Below are positions 57,585-64,000 of a stretch of 64,000 bases of DNA, piece after piece; position 1 is the stretch's first letter; every line of letters begins with the position of its first letter. The stretch comes from Yuukianura sp. NJ FZ-2021 (lineage: Eukaryota). The stretch is from the NCBI GenBank assembly GCA_046563655.1, contig CM102283.1, forward strand, positions 7,378,001-7,442,000. The letters are read 5' to 3'. The position numbers and the translations under genes were made by a program. The notes under the pieces are model-generated. The model did not search any database, was not told where the DNA came from, and saw nothing but the letters and a program-made list of their open reading frames with translations.

Positions 57585-60500
57585 ATGGATGACATTTTTG
57601 AAGCTGTAAAAAAGAAAACAATCGTCGTTGGAGTTGAAAATATTGCGGATAGGTATGCTTTCTTTTGATTTGTTAGAAATGTTGTCACCATTTTACCATT
57701 TATGCTGCCATTTTCTCCAGGATTTTCAAGCCTTGCGAAGTTTGTCATCAACAGTTCACGCTTGCGGAATTAGTATCACACAAAAAGGTGCATAAAGGAC
57801 GTCTTCCAAATAAGAAACCAAAAGTTGACACAAAGGGCTCAACTATTCTAAATGGACCCTGGAGGAACCCTATCTACACTTGTCCAGTTTGCCCAGATAT
57901 CTTTACAAAGGAAACGGAATTGCGAATTCACCAAATTCAGAAACACTCTTTGAGTCTCGTCGCTTGCTTGAAGGAAACGGAAATCCCCGAAACTTTCAGA
58001 GTAGTTGGTGACATTTCCGGAGAAGCTGAGAAGAATTCAACGTCCAATCAAAGCAAGCGATACAAGTGTCGCTACTGCGATAAGGTCTTTCGTTTGTCAA
58101 GCCAGTGCAAGTCACATGAAAATGCTCATGATGCTCACCCTGACCCCAGCAATGCTTCTGTGATAACAACGAAATTTAACGACGTACCCTCAACTTTAGA
58201 ATCTTCTAGTGATTTGTTACCTCTTCCGTCAGAATTAGAATCCAACCAGTCGGAAGCCTATGTCGAAACTAGAGGCCTAGACGTTCCAGCCTCTCAGTCA
58301 ACAGGAGATACTCCCAAGCCCTTGCCTACTTCGGACTTCGACTCAGAAACTGACCTCGGATCACAATACAACGCAAAGACAGATTGCCATGAGATGGATC
58401 AACATCAGCAGGTCGAATCCATCACCACGTCAACATCTCAACTAGAGTACAACGGAATGGAAATGTCCAGCGCCGTGATACCTCCGCCGTTCCCATTCGA
58501 ATTCCAACAGTCAAGCGAGTTTCCGTCCCGAAACGACGTTGATGGAACGATTGGTACTCCACAACTATTGGGAAACGTGTCGGTCAAACAAGAACCTCAA
58601 GAGCCATGCAATACTTTGTCACTGGAAAGTACTCCATTGATACCCAATGGCGATGTCGTCCCTGCAAAATGGTACGTTGCGTCTAGTCGTAGTAGATTTA
58701 AGTTGTAAATTGGAAACTAATTGAAGTTATTGTATTTTGATTGCAGTGATGAAAAACGGCACAAATGTTTAGTATGTGGCGAAGAGTTTCCGGAGTTGGA
58801 AATTTTCCCGCATGCCAAAACCCATTTGAGAAGAGGTCAGAAGGAATGTGACCATTGCGTCTACAGGGCCAACACCACAGGGGATTTACGAGATCACATA
58901 TCAAAGCATTATCAAGTGAAGCCCTACCGGTGTCCCTACTGCCCTAACGTTTACGGTTGGCAAAGCGGCCTCAAGAAGCACCTTGTAACGCATAGCACTG
59001 GTGACAAATCCTTCAAGTGCAAAATGTGTCCCATGACATTTTCGGCTCAGAGGGAATGTCGTCGTCATGAACTCATTCATGAGGATATCCGCGCCCCATT
59101 GTCGAATTCAAAGAAGAAACCTAAACGCAAGAAAGAAAAGGCAATAAAAGTGATCAAAATCGAAGCACCGGATTTTGATGCGTCTGGAAACCGATCAACT
59201 ACGGAAGATCCAAGGTTTCCAAATGTCCAGCAATATTCAGGTGCCCAATATCCATTGCATTATAATAACTACCCACTACACTCACAACAACATCAACAGA
59301 TTACTTCCTATTCTACTCCAGATACCAGCTTCACTCACCAGACACAAAGTTATTATGATGTCAACTCGTCGTCATCGTCAATGTCAATGGATTCGTCATA
59401 TAACAATGTAAACTCATCAATGGTCTACACCCAGCAACCGCAATCACAACTCTCCCAACCACAACCAGAAGTGACGAACAGGAACAACTCATGGCCTGGA
59501 ACACAACAGTCCAACTATTACGGAGATTACACGAATGAATTTAGCTCTCACCAGCAACAACAGCCACAGCAACAACTGGTTCAGCATCACAACAACTGGA
59601 GTAGTTCTACAGACGAACAACAGCAGATTGGAGCTTATCATAGTAATCACAACTTTGATAATCATGGACAACAGGCTCAGTCTGGAAAAATGGAGCAACA
59701 TGCATTTCGAGAGCCAGGAGATCTCAGGTACAACTTAGTAGACTACAGAAAAGCTTAATTTATTCAATTTCTTCTAGTTTGCATAAACAATTAGTATTTA
59801 ATTGTTAACTTTACAACGTTAGGGAAAGCGAAACTTGTAAGACCTGCGGCATCGAGATTTCAATGAGAGAGTTGCCAACACACATCCGAAGTCACATTTT
59901 ACCTGGACAGAAAGGCTGTTCCTTATGCAAGTACAAATGCAATAGCAGAGTCAACCTTGAAGAGCACTACAATATTCACTACGGTCTCAAACCTTATCTC
60001 TGCAATCTCTGCAATTCCAGGTGAAATCACAAGTTTTTTGTTACGCCAGACTGAATTATGGAAGTTGTTTATCTAAAGTTTGTGTTTTTTGTTTTAGATT
60101 TTCTCTACGGAGCTATTTGCGAACACATACACAGCAGGAGCACCAAAGCTCTGAAGGATACCAGTGTCGATATTGTAACAAGCGTTTTGTCCGTTCCAGT
60201 CACCTTAAAACTCACGAAATGATTCACGAAGGGCAAGGAGAGGTACTGCCACAACGAGAATCCAGTTACGGGAATTCTGGCCATGACTCCGACTCTAATT
60301 CAAACTCTAACGCCTCCTTCCGTACTCCAATGACACCAGATCGGAGTTGCTCTTCTACAGCAACTTCCAGTCCCTCCAACTACGGAATTTACTCTCGTTC
60401 AAACACGGATTCTCCGCAGTCCGTTGCATCATCAACTGTTTCAACACTCACAGCTAAGGGAGAATCACATTGGAGCGGACCTACAAGTGAACATCCAGAT

Positions 60501-62890
60501 CAAGGTCACATGGCAACTACTACTCCTTGGCCTCAATACTTCAACACGCCTCAGCAAGGTCATGACCAAGGTCACTCGAACGCCATGTACTCCCCACTTG
60601 TCAAGTCGGATGTCAATTGGCCACAACCACTCTACGATTCTACGGCTTGGCAACATCAATCTTCAACCCAAACTACTAATCCAGTTTATCCTTTGACGCC
60701 TCAGAAGATAGATACTTCTTGGTCTGAGTCTTTCAATGGATTCAATACTGGCAATACCCCTGGCTCAGGTACACCCAGTGCCTCTGTTCAAGACCTCTGG
60801 GCTGAGCTGCATTTTGAAGAAATGAAGTGGTTTCCGGAATCGTCAACTGGGTTTACGGCTGATGGGATTCCAATGATAACAGAACTTGGTCCACTAGACG
60901 GGTTTTCATATACTGAAATGCTTCACAACGCAACAGCTGATCTCCCAAATTTTGGAAGTACGTTCAATCAATATTCGAAATCGAATGAAGTGGCATCAGG
61001 ATCGGCTGAAATTGTACAAAACACGGCAGAATCCGAGCAATGTTTTCAACAAGTTCAGGCGAAGAGCGAAAAGAAAAGTGGCAAAGGAGAACGTGAACGG
61101 CTAGAGAATCAAACGCCACAACTAAACCGAAGTTCTTACAATGCTCGCGGAAATGGAACGGCAGCTAAGTCGAGTAAACGTCGTCACTTGAGCGCAAAGT
61201 CCATCAAACGAATTCCAAGTGGAGAAATTGATACAGATGAATCAATTAGCGTTTCTCCGAAAATGGACATCTCGGCGGGAGAGGATGGAGAGACTGACGA
61301 CGAGTAAGTGGGATTAATTTTAGTTATTAATTTAGTTAGTTAGTTTAGTTAGGTAATTCATTTAGATTAATTAGATTAATTTTGATGGTCAGACTCCAGA
61401 GTAACTGATAACTTTTGTATTGTATTGTTTCAGCCAAGATGCTTTGAAGAAATGTTTGACATGTCATGTCAGAATTCCGCGGAAAGATCTACTGGACCAC
61501 CTTAGAAGTCACATAAGTCCAGGTCAACGGACATGTGACATCTGCCAACGGACGTACTGCAATCCACTGACTTTGAAGGAACATATTCATATTCACTACA
61601 AACTCAAGCCCTACAAATGTGCCTTTTGTGATGCGAAGTTTAGTACAAAGTATTCTAGGAAAACACACGAAGTTTTCAACCATGAACAATGCAAATCATC
61701 CGTAAGACTTCAACTCATCAATCAACTCGTAATTTTCAAATTAATTTTTTTTTTGTTTTTCTAGATTGTTGTTTGTCCTTTACCGGCCTGTGGAAAGTTT
61801 TTTGCTATTCGCTCGGAACTGGCCAAGCACCTAAGAGCTCATGCCAAGAAAAATGGAACGCCAGTTATTCAGTTGAGTTCTCCAGCAGTACCGCCCAAGA
61901 ACTTGAATGGTACTAAAAACTTAAGTGCTTCAAAAAACTCGAGGAGAGGCAGGAAGTCGTCTGGAAACTCTACTAAAACTAAACGCAATGAAAATAGTAC
62001 TGGAACAGCACAAGTACAACACAGTACCTCAAAATCAGTGAGTGAAGTGGCATCAGCAGCATCCACGTTCAAAATGGAACAATTCAAAGATGTCATGTCG
62101 CGAACATGGGAAGTTCGGCTGAAGGATATTGGCCAAACGTAAGCATTTCATTCATTCCATCTTAGGAAAGTTTTGAAAGTTAAACGTTTTAAATCTTTCA
62201 CAGAATGAAGAAGGAATGTCCGTTATGTAAGAAAGAAATACTGTTGGCAGATTTCCTGGACCACAAAAAGAATCACATGGAAGTGTGTCACCATTGTCGT
62301 AAACCAGTTCCCGTCACTGCTGTTGTGACTCATGGCCAAAGTCATGTCGGAGATGAAATCGTGTGTGAAATATGTGGTACACAGTGCAAACAACGGTCAA
62401 CACTTTGGGAACACATGAATGTTCACCTCAAGTTGAAACCGATTCGATGTGTCTACTGTGGCCAAGGATTTGCCTCCAGAACCTCCCTGAGATGCCACTT
62501 CCTCGCACTGCACACCAAGTTCCGTCCACATTCCTGCAGGTGAGGATCCACTTTTCAAAATACTGCCAGTATTATACTGGCAGCATCTTAGATTTTAGAA
62601 CAGACTTTTGCATAACTAATTCGCCATGGTCAGATTTTGGTTTTACTTTTCGGTAGTGGTAGTGTCCAGTACAGCACTTTTCTTTTTGTTTAGTCCTGGT
62701 CTTATTTTTTAGTTTGCTTTTTTGTATTGATTTTTTAAGGTTTTGTGGCAAATCGTTTGTTCAGCACACAACAATGTTGGCTCATGAATTGATTCATTTG
62801 GGAACACAGTGTCCATCCTGCTCTAAATCCTTCACTACCCGTAAAGAAGTCCAAAATCATCTACGAGAAGAACATTCAATGGATAGCTGA
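57585..62890 (+). CDS. Multi-cluster C2H2 zinc-finger protein (about 20 fingers)
   Basis: ATG 57585 (MDDIFEAVKKK...) splices in frame through ORFs 57788, 58721, 60021, 61420, 61873 and 62205 to TGA 62890; many CxxC...HxxxH motifs with KPY/KPI linkers. Several upstream exons (about 56985-57436) look like 5' UTR. Confidence 0.8.
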
Positions 62891-63249
62891 TGAATCTCCT
62901 CCATTAGCTATTCGGGTAATTCAGGAAAATTAAGGTCTCTCTTACTACACACTTCTACGGTAATTAAAATAAATACGGTATTTATTTATGTAATAAACTA
63001 ATTAAAATGCAATTTAAATCAGAATGTGCTCAATGTAATTAGAATGAACTACTATGATTTTATATTTAGAAATTTTGAAAAAATCCATTTCTAACTTTTG
63101 GATTTGAAGCGTTAATTTCTTATGTCGCTAGAATTTAGTTTGTTAATTTTTTGGGTTAGTTGTTTTTAAAATCCAAATTCATAATTTGACAGAAAAGTAA
63201 AAGAGTAATAACAGAATGGAAATAAAATGTACAAGGACTGCTCAATTTT

Positions 63250-64000
63250 TCAATCAGAAAGTTCAAAATCAACAACTTGGTCTTCAATGTCATCAACCCT
63301 TTGATGTTTCTTAGCTTTCTTTTCTAAAACATTTTTCTTCTGTCCTTTGACCTTCTTAACTTTTGATTTTCCCTCTTCAGTAGACGATAGTTTTCGTTTT
63401 TTAGATTTCTTCGACTTTGATTTTTCTGGACTACCATTGGCAGTATCTTCCGCAGCTTCAGAAATGTCCAGTTTAGTCCGGAAAGAAGATTCTTCGTTAT
63501 CCGAATCTTCCTCTACTGGTTCGTCACGTGAAAACATTGGAGCACCAAACACATCTTCTTCTTCTGTAGCTTTCGATCTGGATGCTGCCTTCGATACTGG
63601 TTTGGGAATACGCCGTTCATCCTTGGTTTCACTTTGATTCTTCTTCGATTTCGCTACGAATTTAGCATTTAGTTTGAAGTAGTCTCTAGCATAGGCGAGA
63701 ATTGGTGGTTCTGGTTTCGAAGTTTCAATTTGAACACGCAGAATTTGGTGTGACTTTTGGTCTACTAGAGACACGAGACCTTCGTCCATGGCCTTGGTTC
63801 GCTTGGCTTTGATGAAATCACTGTGCGCTTCGATCTGAAAAAAGTATAAGATCATAGCATTAACACTCTTCTGAACTAATACTGCTAGAAATGCAAAATT
63901 TTGGAGCGTACCTTCTCAATTAGCGTCTTGTACTTCTTAGAAACCTCAGCATTTCGACAACTCTTCTTGATGAAAGCCTTCAACTGCATGAGAGTTGGCG
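63250..64000 (-). CDS. NOC2L: Nucleolar complex protein 2 homolog, 3' end (partial)
   Basis: PTLMQLKAFIKK...YKTLIEK|IEAHSDFIKAKR...PPILAY and the acidic terminal motif EDQVVDFELSD match the recalled Noc2 C-terminus. Confidence 0.72.

Overview
Eukaryotic, AT-rich, intron-dense arthropod DNA. The short introns, gene content and a fungal-like gene suggest a hexapod such as a springtail (inference). Gene order: pannier-like GATA 5' exon (-), GATAe-like (-), secreted Cys-rich orphan (+), PHTF (-), 100-N gap, FAM187A-like Ig membrane protein (-), two tandem BPHL-like hydrolases (-), fungal/MEP-type ammonium transporter (-), NUAK kinase (+), a secreted 14-copy polypeptide precursor (-), serpent-like GATA (+), SLC25A51-like carrier (+), a non-coding box C/D snoRNA host gene (+), a multi-C2H2 protein (+) and the NOC2L 3' end (-). 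Two MITE-like insertions are present. Highlights: (1) a KR/dipeptidyl-processed precursor whose varied spacers all converge on one nonapeptide, APPKPRVVY; (2) a probably horizontally acquired MEP-type Amt with a substituted Phe gate; (3) a snoRNA host gene invisible to the ORF track, with two U58-like guides and a candidate U2-Cm40 guide; (4) a GATA456 cluster split by an apparent inversion; (5) srp-type mutually exclusive exons. Gene models were spliced by eye and family calls rest on recalled motifs, not database searches.
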